A stretch of 64,000 bases of DNA. Source: the human T2T-CHM13v2.0 reference genome, Homo sapiens. Location of the stretch: NCBI RefSeq assembly GCF_009914755.1, contig NC_060946.1; one strand, 5' to 3'. Below are positions 1 to 16,400 of the stretch, piece after piece. Below the pieces are notes generated by a model that saw only the letters and a list, made by a program, of their open reading frames with translations, had not been told where the DNA came from and made no database searches. A program made the position numbers and the translations under genes. Each line of letters starts with the position of its first letter. The stretch's first letter is position 1.

Positions 1-699
1 TATACTATAGTGTACTTAAAATATCACAGTACCCAAACTATACATTATATACTGTACATAAAATATGAAATTACATAAAATATATATTATATTAGGTACA
101 TAAAATATGAAATTACATAAAATATATATTATATTAGGTACATAAAATATGAAAGTACATCAAATATAGATTATATACTGTACATTAAATACCAAAGTAC
201 CCTAAATATATATTTTATACTGTATATGAAATATCAAACTTCACAAACTATATATTATATACTGTATATAAAATATCAAAGTACCCAAGGTATATCTTCT
301 ATACTGTACAAAAGATATCAAAGTACCCAAAGCATGTATTATATACTGTACATAAAATATGAAAGTACATCAAATATATATTTTATTCTGTACATAAAAT
401 ATCAAAGTACACCAGATATATATTCTATAGTGTACATAAAATATAAAAGTACCGAAACTATTTATTATATACTGTACATAAAATATGAAATTACATCAAA
501 TATATATTATATTAGGTACATAAAATATGAAAGTACATCAAATATAGATTATATGCTGTACATAAAATATCAAAGTACCCCAAATATATATTACTCTACA
601 TGAAATATCAAAGTTCACAAACTATATATTATATACTGTACATAAAATAAAGTACCCAAGGTACATATTCTATACTGTACAAAAAATATCAAAGTACCC

Positions 700-1320
700 A
701 AAGCATGTATTTTATACTGTACATAAAATATGAAAGTACATCAAATATATATTTTATTCTGTACATAAAATATCAAAGTACACCAGATATATATTCTATA
801 GTGTACATAATATATCAAAGTACCCAAACTATGCATTATATACTGTACATAAAATATGAAATTACATCAAATATATATTATATTAGGTACATAAAATATG
901 AAAGTACATCAAATATAGATTATATACTGTACATAAAATATCAAAGTACCCCAAATATATATTATATACTGTACATGAAATATCAAAGTTCACAAACTAT
1001 ATATTATATACTGTACATAAAATATCAAAGTACCCAAGGTATATATTCTATACTGTACAAAAAATATCAAAGTACCCAAAGCATGTATTTTATACTGTAC
1101 ATAAAATATGAAAGTACATCAAATATATATTTTATTCTGTACATAAAATATCAAAGTACACCAGATATATATTCTATAGTGTACATAATATATCAAAGTA
1201 CCCAAACTATGCATTATATACTGTACATAAAATATGAAATTACATCAAATATATATTATATTAGGTACATAAAATATGAAAGTACATCAAATATAGATTA
1301 TATACTGTACATAAAATATC
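700..1320 (+). repeat. Local near-exact tandem duplication of one 378-bp unit (about 1.6 copies)
   Basis: The locally distinctive variants gcatgtatTttatac, gtacataaTatatc and actatGcatt occur at about 703-835 and again 378 bp later at about 1081-1213. Confidence 0.85.
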
Positions 1321-2029
1321 AAAGTTCACAAAGTTTATATTATATACTGTACATAAAATATCAAAGTACCCAAGGTATATATTCTATACTGTACAAAAAA
1401 TATCAAAGTACCCAAAGCATGTATTATATACTGTATATAAAATATGAAAGTACATCAAATATATATTTTATTCTGCACATAAAATATCAAAATACACCAG
1501 ATATATATTCTATAGTGTACATAAAATAACAAAGTACACAAACTATACATTATATACTGTACATAAAATATGAAATTACATCAAATATATATTAGGTACA
1601 TAAAATATGAAAGTACATCAAATATAGATTATATACTGTACATATAATATCAATGTACCCCAAATATATATTTTATACTCTACATGAAATATCAAAGTTC
1701 ACAAACTATATATTATATACTGTACATGTAATATCAAAGTACCCGAGGTATATATTCTATACTGTACAAAAAATATCAAACTACCCAAAGCATGTATTAT
1801 ATACTGTACATAAAATATGAAAGTACATCAAATATATATTTTATTCTGTACATAAAATATCAAAGTACACCAGATATATGTTCTATAGTGTACATAAAAT
1901 AACAAAGTACAAAAACTATAAATTATATACTGTACATAAAATATGAAATTACATCAAATATATTTTATATTAGGTACATAAAATATGAAAGTACATCAAA
2001 TATAGATTATATACTGTACATAAAATATC

Positions 2030-4300
2030 AAAGTACCCAAATATATATTATATACTGTACATGAAATATCAAAGTTCACAAACTATATATTATATCCTGT
2101 TAATAAAATATCAATTTACCAAAGGTATATATTCTATACTGTACAAAAAATATCAAAGTACCCAAAGCATGTATTATATACTGTATATAAAATATGAAAG
2201 TACATCAAATATATATTTAATTCTGTACATAAAATATCAAAGTACACCAAATATATATTCTATACTGTACATAAAATATCGAGGTACACAAACTATACAT
2301 TATATACTGTACATAAAAGATGAAATTACATCCAAAATATATGATATTAGGTACATAAAATATGAAAGTACATCAAATATAGATTGTATACTGTACATAA
2401 AATACCAAAGTACCCCAAATATATATTATATACTCTACATGAAATATCAAAGTTCACAAACTATATATTATATACTGTACATAAAATATCAATGTACCCA
2501 AGGTATATATTCTATACTGTACAAAAAATATCAAAGTACCCAAAGCATGTATTATATACTGTACATAAAATATGAAAGTACATCAAATATATATTTTCTT
2601 CTGTACATAAAATATCAAACTACACCAAATATATATTCTATACTGTACAAAAAATATCAAAGTACCCAAACTATACATTATATACTGTACATAAAATATG
2701 AAATTACATCAAATATCTATTATATTAGGTACGTAAAATATGAAAGTCCATCAAATATAGATTATATACTGTACATAATATACCTAAGTACCCCAAATAT
2801 ATATTTTATACTGTACATGAAATATCAAAGTTCTCAAACTATATATTATATACTGTACATAAAATATCAAAGTACCCAAGGTATATATTCTATACTGTAC
2901 AAAAAATATCAAAGTACCCAAGGTATGTATTATATGCTGTACATAAAATATGAAAGTACATCAAATATATATTTTATTCTGTACATAAAATATCAAAGTA
3001 CACCGAATATATATTCTATACTGTACATAAAATATCAGAGTACCCAAACTATACATTATATACTGTACATAAAATATGAAATTACATCAAATATATATTA
3101 TATTAGGTACATATAATATGAAAGTACATCAAATATAGATTATATACTGTACATAAAATATCAAAGTACCAAAATATATATTATATACTGTACATGAAAT
3201 ATCAAAGTTCACAAAATATATATTTTATACTGTACATAAAATATCAATGTACCCAAGGTATATATTCTATACTGTACAAAAAATATCAAAGTACCCAAAA
3301 CATGTATTATATACTGTACATAAAATATGAAAGTACATCAAATATATATTTTCTTCTGTACATAAGATATCAAAGTACACCAAATATGTATTCTATACTG
3401 TACATAAAATATCAAAGTACCCAAACTATACATTATATACTGTATATAAAATATGAAATTATATCAAATATATATTATATTAGGTACATAAAATATGAAA
3501 GTACATCAAATATAGATCATATACTGTACATAAAATATCAAAGTACCCAAATATATATTATATACTGTACATGAAATATCAAAGTTCACAAACTATATAT
3601 TATATACTGTACCTAAAATATCAATGTACCCAAGGTATATATTCTATACTGTACATAAAATATCAAAGTACCCAACCTATACATTATATACTGTACATAA
3701 AATATGAAAGTACATCAAATATATATTTTATTCTGTACATAAGATATCAAAGTACACCAAATATATATTCTATACTGTACATAAAATATCAAAGTACCCA
3801 AACTATACATTATATACTGTATATAAAATATGAAATTATATCAAATATATATTATATTAGGTACATAAAATATGAAAGTACAACAAATATAGATTATATA
3901 CTGTACATAAAATATCAAAGTACCCAAATATATATTATATACTGTACATGAAATATCAAAGTTCACAAGCTATATATTATATACTGTACATAAAATATCA
4001 ATGTACCCAAGGTATATATTCTATACTGTACAAAAAATATCAAAGTACCCAAAGCATGTATTATATACTGTACATAAAATACGAAAACACATCAAATATA
4101 TGTTTTATTCTGTACATAAAATATCAAAGTACACCAAATATGTATTCTATAGTGTACATAAAATATCAAATTACCCAAACTATACATTACATACTGTACA
4201 TAAAATATGAAATTACATCAAATATATATTATATTATTTACCTAAAATATGAAAGTACCTCAAATATAGATTATTAACTGTACATAAAATATCAAAGTAC
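2030..4300 (+). repeat. HSat1A subdomain I: m5 variant acaccAAat followed by Ctgtac, including 377-bp units
   Basis: m5 mostly reads acaccaaatatatattctatactg instead of acaccagat...atagtg (about 2245, 2622, 3378, 3755; ccgaat at about 3002). m9 lacks one base in some units, giving a 377-bp spacing (ORF starts 3194, 3571, 3948). No 5-bp deletion units are present. Confidence 0.8.
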
Positions 4301-4499
4301 CCCAAATATATATTATATACTGTACATGAAATATCAAAGTTCACAAACTATATATTATATACTGTAGATAAAATATCAAAGTACCCAAGGTATATATTCT
4401 GTACTGTACAAAAAATATGAAAGTACCCAAAGCATGTATTATATACTGTACATAAAATATGAAAGTACATCAAATATATATTTTATTCTGTACATAAAA

Positions 4500-7400
4500 T
4501 AACAAAGTACACCAGATATATATTTTATAGTGTACATAAAATATCAAAGTACCCAAACTATACATTATATACTGTACATAAAATATGAAATTACATCAAA
4601 TATATATTATATTAGGTACATAAAATATGAAAGTACATCAAATATAGATTATATACTGTACATAAAATATCAAAGTACCCCAAATATATATGATATACTG
4701 TACATGAAATATTAAAGTTCACAAACTATATATTATATACTGTAGATAAAATATCAAAGTACCCAAGGTATATATTCTATACTGTACAAAAAATATCAAA
4801 GTACCCAAAGCATGTATTATATACTGTACATAAAATATAAAATTAAATCAAATATATATTTCATTCTGTACAGAAAATAACAAAGTACACCAGATATATA
4901 TTTTATAGTGTACATAAAATATCAAAGTACCCAAACTATACATTACATACTGTACATAAAATATGAAAGTACATCAAATATGTATTATATTAGGAACATA
5001 AAATATGAAAGTACATCAAATATAGATTATTAACTGTACATAAAATATCAAAGTACCCCAAATATATATTATATACTGTACATGAAATATCAAAGTTCAC
5101 AAACTATATATTATATACTGTACATAAAATATCAAAGTACCCAAGGTATATATTCTATACTGTACAAAAAATATCAAAGTACCCAAAGCATGTATTATAT
5201 ACTGTACATAAAATATGAAAGTACATCAAATATATATTTTATTCTGTACATAAAATATCACAGTACACCAGATATATCTTTTATAGTGTATATAAATATC
5301 AAAGAACCCAAACTATACATTATATACTGTACATAAAATATGAAATTACATCAAATATATATTATATTAGTTACCTAAAATATGAAAGTACATCAAATAT
5401 AGATTATATACTGTACATAAAATATCAAAGTACCCCAAATATATATTATATACTGTACATGAAATATCAAAGTTCACAAACTATATATTATATACTGTAC
5501 ATAAAATATCAAAGTACCCAAGGTATATATTCTATACTGTACAAAAAATATCAAAGTACCCAAAGCATGTATTATATACTGTATATAAAATATGAAAGTA
5601 CATCAAATATATATTTAATTCTGTACATAAAATATCAAAGTACACCAGATGTATATTTTATAGTGTACATAAAATATCAAAGTACCCAAACTATACATTA
5701 TATACTGTACATAAAATATGAAATTACATCAAATATATATGATATTAGGTACATAAAATATGAAAGTACATCAATTATATATTTTATTCTGTATATAAAA
5801 TATCAAAGTACACCAGATATATATATTATAGTGTACATAAAATATCAAAGTACCCAAACTATAGATTATATACTGTACATAAAATATGAAATTACATCAA
5901 ATATATATTATATTAGGTACATAAAATATGAAAGTACATCAAATATAGATTATTAACTGTACATAAAATATCAAAAATCCCCAAATATATATTATATACT
6001 GTACATGAAATATCATACTTCACAATCTATATATTATATACTGTACATAAAATATCAAAGTACCCAACGTATATATTCTATACTGTACAAAAAATATCAA
6101 AGTACCCAAAGCCTGTATTATATACTGTACATAAAATATGAAAGTACATCAAATATGTATTTTATTCTCTACATAAATTATCAAAGTACACCAGATATAT
6201 ATTTTATAGTGTACATAAAATATCAAATACGCAAACTATACATTATATACTGTACAGAAAATATGAAATTACATCAACTATATATTATATTAGGTACATA
6301 AAATATGAAAGTACATCTAGTATAGATTATATACTGTACATAAAATATCAAAGCAGCCCAAATATATATTATATACTGTACATGAAATATCAAAGTTCGC
6401 AAACTATATATTATATATTGTAGATAAAATATCAAAGTACCCAAGGTATATAATCTATACTGTATAAAAAATATCAAAGTATCCACAGCATGTATTATAC
6501 ACTGTACATGAAATATGAAAGTACATCAAGTATATATATTATTCTGTACATAAAATATCAAAGTACACCAGATATATATTTTATAGTGTACATAATATAT
6601 CAAAGTACCCAAACTATACATTATATACTGTACATAAAATATGAAAGTACATCAAATATATATTATATTAGTTACCTAAAATATGAAAGTACATCAAATA
6701 TAGATTATTAACTGTACATAAAATATCAAAGTACCACAAATATATATTATATACTGTACAAGAAATATCAAAATACACAAACTATATATTATATACTGTA
6801 GAAAAAATATCAAAGTACCCAAAAGCAAGTATTATTTACTGTACATAAAAATGAAAGTACATCAATTATATATTTTATTCTGTACATAAAATATCAAAGT
6901 ACACCAGATATATAATTTATAGTGTACATAAAACATCAAGGTACACAAACTATACATTATATACTGTATATAAAATATGAAATTACATCAAATATATATT
7001 ATATTGGGTACATAAAATATGAAAGTACATCAAATATAGATTATTAATTGTACATAAAATATCAAAGAACCCCAAATATATATTATATACTGTACATGAA
7101 ATATCAATGTTCACAAACTATATATTTTATACTGTACATAAAATATCAAGTTACCCAAGGTATATATTCTATAATGTACAAAAAATATCAAAGTACCCAA
7201 AGCATGTATTATATACTGTACCTAAAATATGAGAATACATCAAATATATATTTTATTCTGTACATAAAATATCAAAGTACACCAGATATATATTTTATAG
7301 TGTACATAAAATATCAAAATACCCAAACTATACATTATATACTGTACATAAAATATGAAATTACATCAAATATATATTATATTAGGTATATAAAATATGA

Positions 7401-10400
7401 AAGTACATAAAATATAGATGATATACTGTACATAAAATATCAAAGTAGCCCAAATATATATTATAGAGTGTACATGAAATATCAAAATTTACAAAATATA
7501 TATCATATAATGTACATAAAATATCAAAGTACCCAAAGCAAGTATTATTTACTGTACATAAAAATGAAAGTACATTAAATATATATTTTATTCTGTACAT
7601 AAAATATCAAAGTACACCAGATATATATTTTATAGTGTACATAATATATCAAGGTACCCAAACTATACATTATATACTGTACATAAAATATGAAATTACA
7701 TCAAATATATATTATATTAGGTACGTAAAATATGAAAGTACATCAAATATAGATTATATACTGTACATAAAATATAAAAGAACCCCAAATATATATTATA
7801 TACTGTACATGAAATATCAAAATACACTAACTATATATTATATACTGTACATAAAATATCAAAGTACCCAAGGTATATATTCTGTACTGTACAAAAAATA
7901 TGAAATTACCCAAAGCATGTATTATATACTGTACATAAAATATGAAAGTACATCAAATATATATTTTATTCTGTACATAAAATAACAAAGTACACCAGAT
8001 ATATATTTTATAGTGTACATAAAATATCAAAGTACCCAAACTATACATTACATACTGTACATAAAATATGAAATTACATCAAATATATATTACATTAGGA
8101 ACATAAAATATGAAAGTACATCAAATATAGATTATTAACTGTACATAAAATGTCAAAGAAACCCAAATATATATTATATAGTGTACATGAGATATCAAAC
8201 TTCACAAACTATATATTATATACTGTACATAAAATATCAAAGTACCCAAGGTATATATTCTATACTGTACAAAAAATATCAAAGTACCCAAAGCATGTAT
8301 TATATACTGTACATAAAAGATGAAAGTACATCAAATATATATTTTATTCTGTACATAAAATATCAAAGTACACCAGATATATATTTTATAGTGTACATAA
8401 AATATAAAAGTACCCAAACTATACATTATATACTGTACATAAAATATGAAATTACATCAAATATATATTATATTAGGTACATAAAATATGAAACTACATC
8501 AAATATAGATTATATACTGTACCTAAAATATAAAAGTACCCCAAATATATATTATATACTGTACATGAAATATCAAAATACACAAACTATATATTATATA
8601 TTGTATAAAAAATATCAAAGTACTCAAAGCAAGTATTATATACTGTACATAAAATATGAAAGTACATCAAATATATATTTTATTCTGTACATAAAATATC
8701 GAAGTACACCAGATATATATTTTATAGTGTACATAAAACATCAAGGTACACAAACTATACATTATATACTGTACAGAAAATATGAAATTACATCAAATAT
8801 ATATTATATTAGGTACATAAAATATGAAAGTACATAAAATATAGATGATATACTGTACATAAAATATCAAATAGCCTAAATATATATTATACAGTGTATA
8901 TGAAATATCAAAATTTAGAAAATATATATTATATAATGTACATAAAATATCAAAGTACCCAAAGCAAGTATTATATACTGTACATAAAAGATGAAAGTAC
9001 ATCAAATATATATTTTATTCTGTACATAAAATATCAAAGTACACCAGATATATATTTTATAGTGTACATAAAATATCAAGGTACCCAAACTATACATTAT
9101 ATACTGTACATAAAATATGAAATTACATCAAATATATATTATATTAGGTACGTAAAATATGAAAGTACATCAAATATAGATTATATACTGTACATAAAAT
9201 ATAAAAGAACCCCAAATATATATTATATACTGTACATGAAATATCAAAATACACAAACTATATATTATATACGGTACATAAAATATCAAAGTAACCAAGG
9301 TATATATTCTATACTGTACAAAAAATATCAAAGTACCCAAAGCATGTATTATATACTGTACATAAAATATGAATGTACATCAAATATATATTTGATTCTG
9401 TACATAAAATAACAAAGTACACCAGATATATATTTTATAGTGTACATATAATATCAAAGTACCCAAACTATACATTACATACTGTACATAAAATATGAAA
9501 TTACATCAAATATATATTATATTAGGAATATAAAATATGAAAGTACATCAAATATAGATTATTAACTGTACATAAAATATCAAAGAACCCCAAATATATA
9601 TTATATGCTGTACATGAGATATCAAACTTCACAAACTATATATTATATACTGTAGATAAAATATCAAAGTACCCAAGGTATATATTCTATACTGTACAAA
9701 AAAATCAAAGTACCCAAAGCATGTATTATAAACTGTATATAAAATATGAAAGTACGTCAAATATATATTTTATTCTGTACATAAAATATCAAATTACACC
9801 AGATATATATTTTATAGTGTACATAAAATATCAAAGTACCCAAACTATACATTATATACTGTACATAGAATTTGAAATTACATCAAATATATATTATATT
9901 AGTTACCTAAAATATGAAAGTACATCAAATATAGATTATATACTGTACAGAAAATATCAAAGTACCCGAATATATATTATATACTGTACATGAAATATCG
10001 AAGTTCACAAACTATATATTATATACTGTACATAAAATATCAAAGTACCCAAGGTATATATTCTATACTGTACAAAAAATATCAAAGTACCCAAAGCATG
10101 TATCACATACTGTACATAAAATATGAAAGTACATCAAATATATATATTATTCTGTACATAAAATATCAAAGTACACCAGATATATATTTTATAGTGTACA
10201 TAAAATATCAAACTACCCAAACTATACATTATATACTGTACATAAAATATGAAAGTACAACAAATATATATGATATTAGGTACATAAAATATGAAAGTAC
10301 ATCAATTATATATTTTATTCTGTACATAAATTATCAAAGTACACCAGATATATATTTTATAGTGTACATAAAATATCAAAGTACCCAAACTATACATTAT

Positions 10401-13400
10401 ATACTGTACATAAAATATGAAATTACATCAAATATATAGTATATTAGGTACCTAAAATATGAAAGTACATCAAACATAGATTACTAACTACATAAAATAT
10501 CAAAGAACCCCAAATATATATTATATACTGTACATGAAATATCAAACTTCACTATCTATATATTATATACTGTACATAAAATATCAAAGTACCCAACGTA
10601 TATATTCTATACTGTACAAAAAATATCAAAGTACTCAAAGCATGTATTATATACTGTACATAAAATATGAAAGTACATCAAATATGTATTTTATTCTCTA
10701 CATAAATTATCAAAGTACACCAGATATATATTTTATAGTGTACATAAAATATCAAAGTACGCAAACTATACATTATATACTGTACATAAAATATGAAATT
10801 ACATCAAATATATATTATATTAGGTATATAAAATATGAAAGTACATCTAGTATAGATTATATACTGTACATAAAATATCAAAGTTGCCCAAATATATATT
10901 ATATACTGTACATGAAATATCAAAGTTCGCAAACTATATATTATATATTGTAGATAAAATATCAAACTACCCAAGGTATATATTCTATACTGTATAAAAA
11001 ATATCAAAGTATCCATAGCATGTATTATACACTGTACATAAAATATGAGAGTACATCAAGTATATATATTATTCTGTACATAAAATATCAAAGTACACCA
11101 GATATATATTTTATAGTGTACATAAAATATCAAAGTACCCAAACTATACATTATATACTGTACATAAAATATGAAAGTACATCAAATATATATTATATTA
11201 GTTACCTAAAATATGAAAGTACATCAAATATAGATTATTAACTGTACATAAAATATCAAAGTACCCCAAATATATATTATATACTGTACAAGAAATATCA
11301 TAGTTCACAAACTATATATTATATACTGTAGATAAAATATCAAAGTACCCAAGGTATATATTCTATACTGTACAAAAAATATCAAAGTACCCAAAGCATG
11401 TATTATATACTGTACATAAAATATGAAAGTACATCAAATATATATTTTATTCTGTACATAAAATATCAAAGTACACCAGATATATATTTTATAGTGTACA
11501 TAAAATATCAAAGTACCCAAAATATACATTATATACTGTACGTAAAATATGGAATTACATCAAATATATATTATATTAGGTACATAAAATATGAAAGTAC
11601 ATCTAGTATAGATTATATACTGTACATAAAATATCAAAGTACCCCAAATATATATGATATACTGTAAATGAAATATCAAAGTTCACAAACTATATATTAT
11701 ATACTGTAGATAAAATATCAAAGTACCCAAGGTATATATTCTATACTGTACAAAAAATATCAAAGTACCCAAAGCATGTATTATATACTGTACATAAAAT
11801 ATGAAAGCACATCAAATATATATTTTATTCTGTACATAAAATAACAAAATACACCAGATATATATTTTATAGTGTACATAAAATATCAAAGTACCCAAAC
11901 TATACATTACATACTGTACATAAAATATGAAATTACATCAAATATATATTATATTAGGAACATAAAATATGAAAGTACATCAAATATAGATTATTAACTG
12001 TACATAAAATATCAAAGAACCCCAAATATATATTATATACTGTACATGACATATCAAACTTCACAAACTATATATTATATACTGTACATAAAATATCAAA
12101 GTACCCAAGGTATATATTCTATACTGTACAAAAAATATCAAAGTACCCAAAGCATGTATTATATACTGTACATAAAATATGAAATTACATCAAATATATA
12201 TTATATTAGGTACATAAAATATGAAAGTACATCAAATATATATTTTATTCTGTACATAAAATATCAAAGTACACCAGATATATATTTTATAGTGTACATA
12301 AAATATCAAAGTACCAAAAGTATACATTATATACTGTACATAAAATATGAAATTACATCAATTATATATTATATTAGTTACATAAAATATGAAAGTACAT
12401 CAAATATAGATTATATACTGTACATAAAATATAAAAGTACCCCAAATATATATTATATACTGTGCATGAACTATCAAAATACACAAACTATATATTATAT
12501 ACTGTACATAAAATATCAGAGTACCCAAGCTATATATTCTATACTGTACAAAAAGTATCAAAGTACCCAAAGCATGTATTATATACTGTACATAAAAGAT
12601 GAAAGTACATCAAATATATATTTTATTCTGTACATAAAATATCAAGGTACCCCAAATATATATGATATACTGTACATGAAATATCAAAGTTCACAAACTA
12701 TATATTATATACTGTAGATACAATATCAAAGTACACAATGTATATATTCTATACTGTACAAAAAATATCAAAGTGCCCAAAGCATGTATTATATACTGTA
12801 CATAAAATATGAAAGTACGTCCAATATATATTTTATTCTGTATATAAAATATCAAAGTACACCAGATATATATTTTATACTGTACATAAAATATCAAAGT
12901 ACCCAAACTATACATTATATACTGTACATAATATATGAAATTTCATCAAATATATGTTATATTAGGTACATAAAATATGAAAGTACATCTAGTATAGATT
13001 ATATACTGTACATAAAATATCAAAGTACCCCAAATATATATGATATACTGTACATGAAATATCAAAGTTCACAAACTATATATTATATACTGTACATAAA
13101 ATATCAAAGTACCCAAGGTATATATTCTATACTGTACAAAAAATATCAAAGTACCCAAATCATGTATTATATACTGTACATAAAATATGAAAGTACATCA
13201 AATGTATATTTAATTCTGTACATAAAATATGAAAGTACACCAGATGTATATTTTATAGTGTACATAAAATATCAAAGTACCCAAACTATACATTATATAC
13301 TGTACATAAAATATGAAATTACATCCAATATATATGATATTAGGTACATAAAATATGAAAGTACATCAATTATATATTTTATTCTGTACATAAAATATCA

Positions 13401-16400
13401 AAGTACTCCAGATATATATTTTATAGTGTACATAAAATATCAAAGTACCCAAACTATACATTATATATTGTACATAAAATATGAAATTACATCAAATATA
13501 TAGTATATTAGGTACCTAAAATATGAAAGTACATCAAATATAGATTACTAACTGTACATAAAATATCAAAGAACCCCAAATATATATTATATACTGTACA
13601 TGAAATATCAAACTTCACTATCTATATATTATATACTGTACATAAAATATCAAAGTACCCAACGTATATATTCTATACTGTACAAAAAATATCAAAGTAC
13701 TCAAAGCATGTATTATATACTGTACACAAAATATGAAAGTACATCAAATATGTATTTTATTCTCTACATAAATTATCAAAGTACACCAGATATATATTTT
13801 ATAGGGTACATAAAATATCAAAGTACGCAAACTATACATTATATACTGTACATAAAATATGAAATTACATCAAATATATATTATATTAGGTACATAAAAT
13901 ATGAAAGTACATCTAGTATAGATTATATACTGTACATAAAATATCAAAGTAGCCCAAATATATATTATATACTGTACATGAAATATCAAAGTTCGCAAAC
14001 TATATATTATATATTGTAGATAAAATATCAAAGTACCCAAGGTATATATTCTATACTGTATAAAAAATATCAAAGTATCCACAGCATGTATTATACACTG
14101 TACATAAAATATGAAAGTACATCAAGTATATATATTATTCTGTACATAAAATATCAAAGTACACCAGATATATATTTTATAGTGTACATAAAATATCAAA
14201 GTACCCAAGGTATATATTCTATACTGTACAAAAAATATCAAAGTACCCAAAGCATGTATTATATACTGTACATAAAATATGAAAGTACATCAAATATATA
14301 TTTTATTCTGTACATAAAATATCAAAGTACACCAGATATATATTTTATAGTGTACATAAAATATCAAAATACCCAAAGTATACATTATAAACTGTACATA
14401 AAATATGAAATTACATCAAATATATATTATATTAGTTAACTAAAATATGAAAGTACATCAAATATAGATTATTAACTGTACATAAAATATCAAAGAACCT
14501 CAAATATATATTATATACTGTACATGAAATATCAAAGTTCACAAACTATATATTATATACTCTACATAAAAAATCAAGGTACCCAAGGTATTTATTCTAT
14601 ACTGTACAAAAAATATCAAAGTACCCAAAGCATGTATTATATACTGTACATAAAATATGAGAGTACATCAAATATATATTTTATTCTGTACATAAAATAT
14701 CAAAGTACACCATATATATATTTTATAGTGTACATAAAATATCAAAGTACCAAAACTATACATTATATACTGTACATAATATATGAAATTACATCAAATA
14801 TATATTATATTAGGTACATAAAATATGAAATTACATAAAATATAGATGATATACTGTACATAAAATATCAAAGTAGCCCAAATATATATTATACAGTGAA
14901 CATGAAATATCAAAATTTACAAAATATATATTATATAATGTACATAAAATATCAAATTACCCAAAGCAAGTGTTATATACTGTACATAAAAGATGAAAGT
15001 ACATCAAATATATATTTTATTCTGTACATAAAATATCAAAGTACACCAGATATATATTTTATAGTGTACATAAAATATCAAGGTACCCAAACTATACATT
15101 ATATACTGTACATAAAATATGAAATTACATCAAATATATATTATATTAGGAACATAAAATATGAAAGTACATCAAATATAGATTATTAACTGTACATAAA
15201 ATATCAAAGAACCCCAAATATATATTATATACTGTACATGAGATATCAAACTTCACAAACTATATATTATATACTGTACATAAAATATCAAAGTACCCAA
15301 GGTATATATTCTATACTGTACAAAAAATATCAAAGTACCCAAAGCATGTATTATATACTGTACATAAAAGATGAAAGTACATCAAATATATATTTTATTC
15401 TGTACATAAAATATCAAAGTACACCAGATATATATTTTATAGTGTACATAAAATATAAAAGTACCCAAACTATACATTATATACTGTACATAAAATATGA
15501 AATTACATCACATATATATTATATTAGGTACATAAAATATGAAAGTACATCAAATATAGATTATATACTGTACACAAAATATAAAAGTACCCCAAATATA
15601 TATTATATACTGTACAAGAAATATCAAAATACACAAACTATATATTATATACTGTAGAAAAAATATCAAAGTACCCAAAGCAAGTATTATTTACTGTACA
15701 TAAAAATGAAAGTACATCAAATATATATTTTATTCTGTACATAAAATATCAAAGTACACCAGATATATAATTTATAGTGTACATAAAACATCAAGGTACA
15801 CAAACTATACATTATATACTGTACATAAAATATGAAATTATGTCAAATATGTATTATATTGGGTACATAAAATAGGAAAGTACATCAAATATAGATTATT
15901 AATTGTACATAAAATATCAAAGAACCCCAAATATATATTATATACTGTACATGAAATATCAAAGTTCACAAACTATATATTATATACTGTACATAAAATA
16001 TCAAGGTACCCAAGGTATATATTCTATACTGTACAAAAAATATCAAAGTACCCAAAGCATGTATTATATACTGTACGTAAAATATGAGAATACATCAAAT
16101 ATATATTTTATTCTGTACATAAAATATCAAAGTACACCAGATATATATTTTATAGTGTACATAAAATATCAAAGTACCCAAACTATACATTACATACTGT
16201 ACATAAAATATGAAATTACATCAAATATATATTATATTAGGTATATAAAATATGAAAGTACATAAATTATAGATGATATACTGTACATAAAATATCAAAG
16301 TAGCCCAAATATATATTATACAGTGTACATGAAATATCAAAATTTACAAAATATATATTATATAATGCACATAAAATATCCAAGTACCCAAAGCAAGTAT

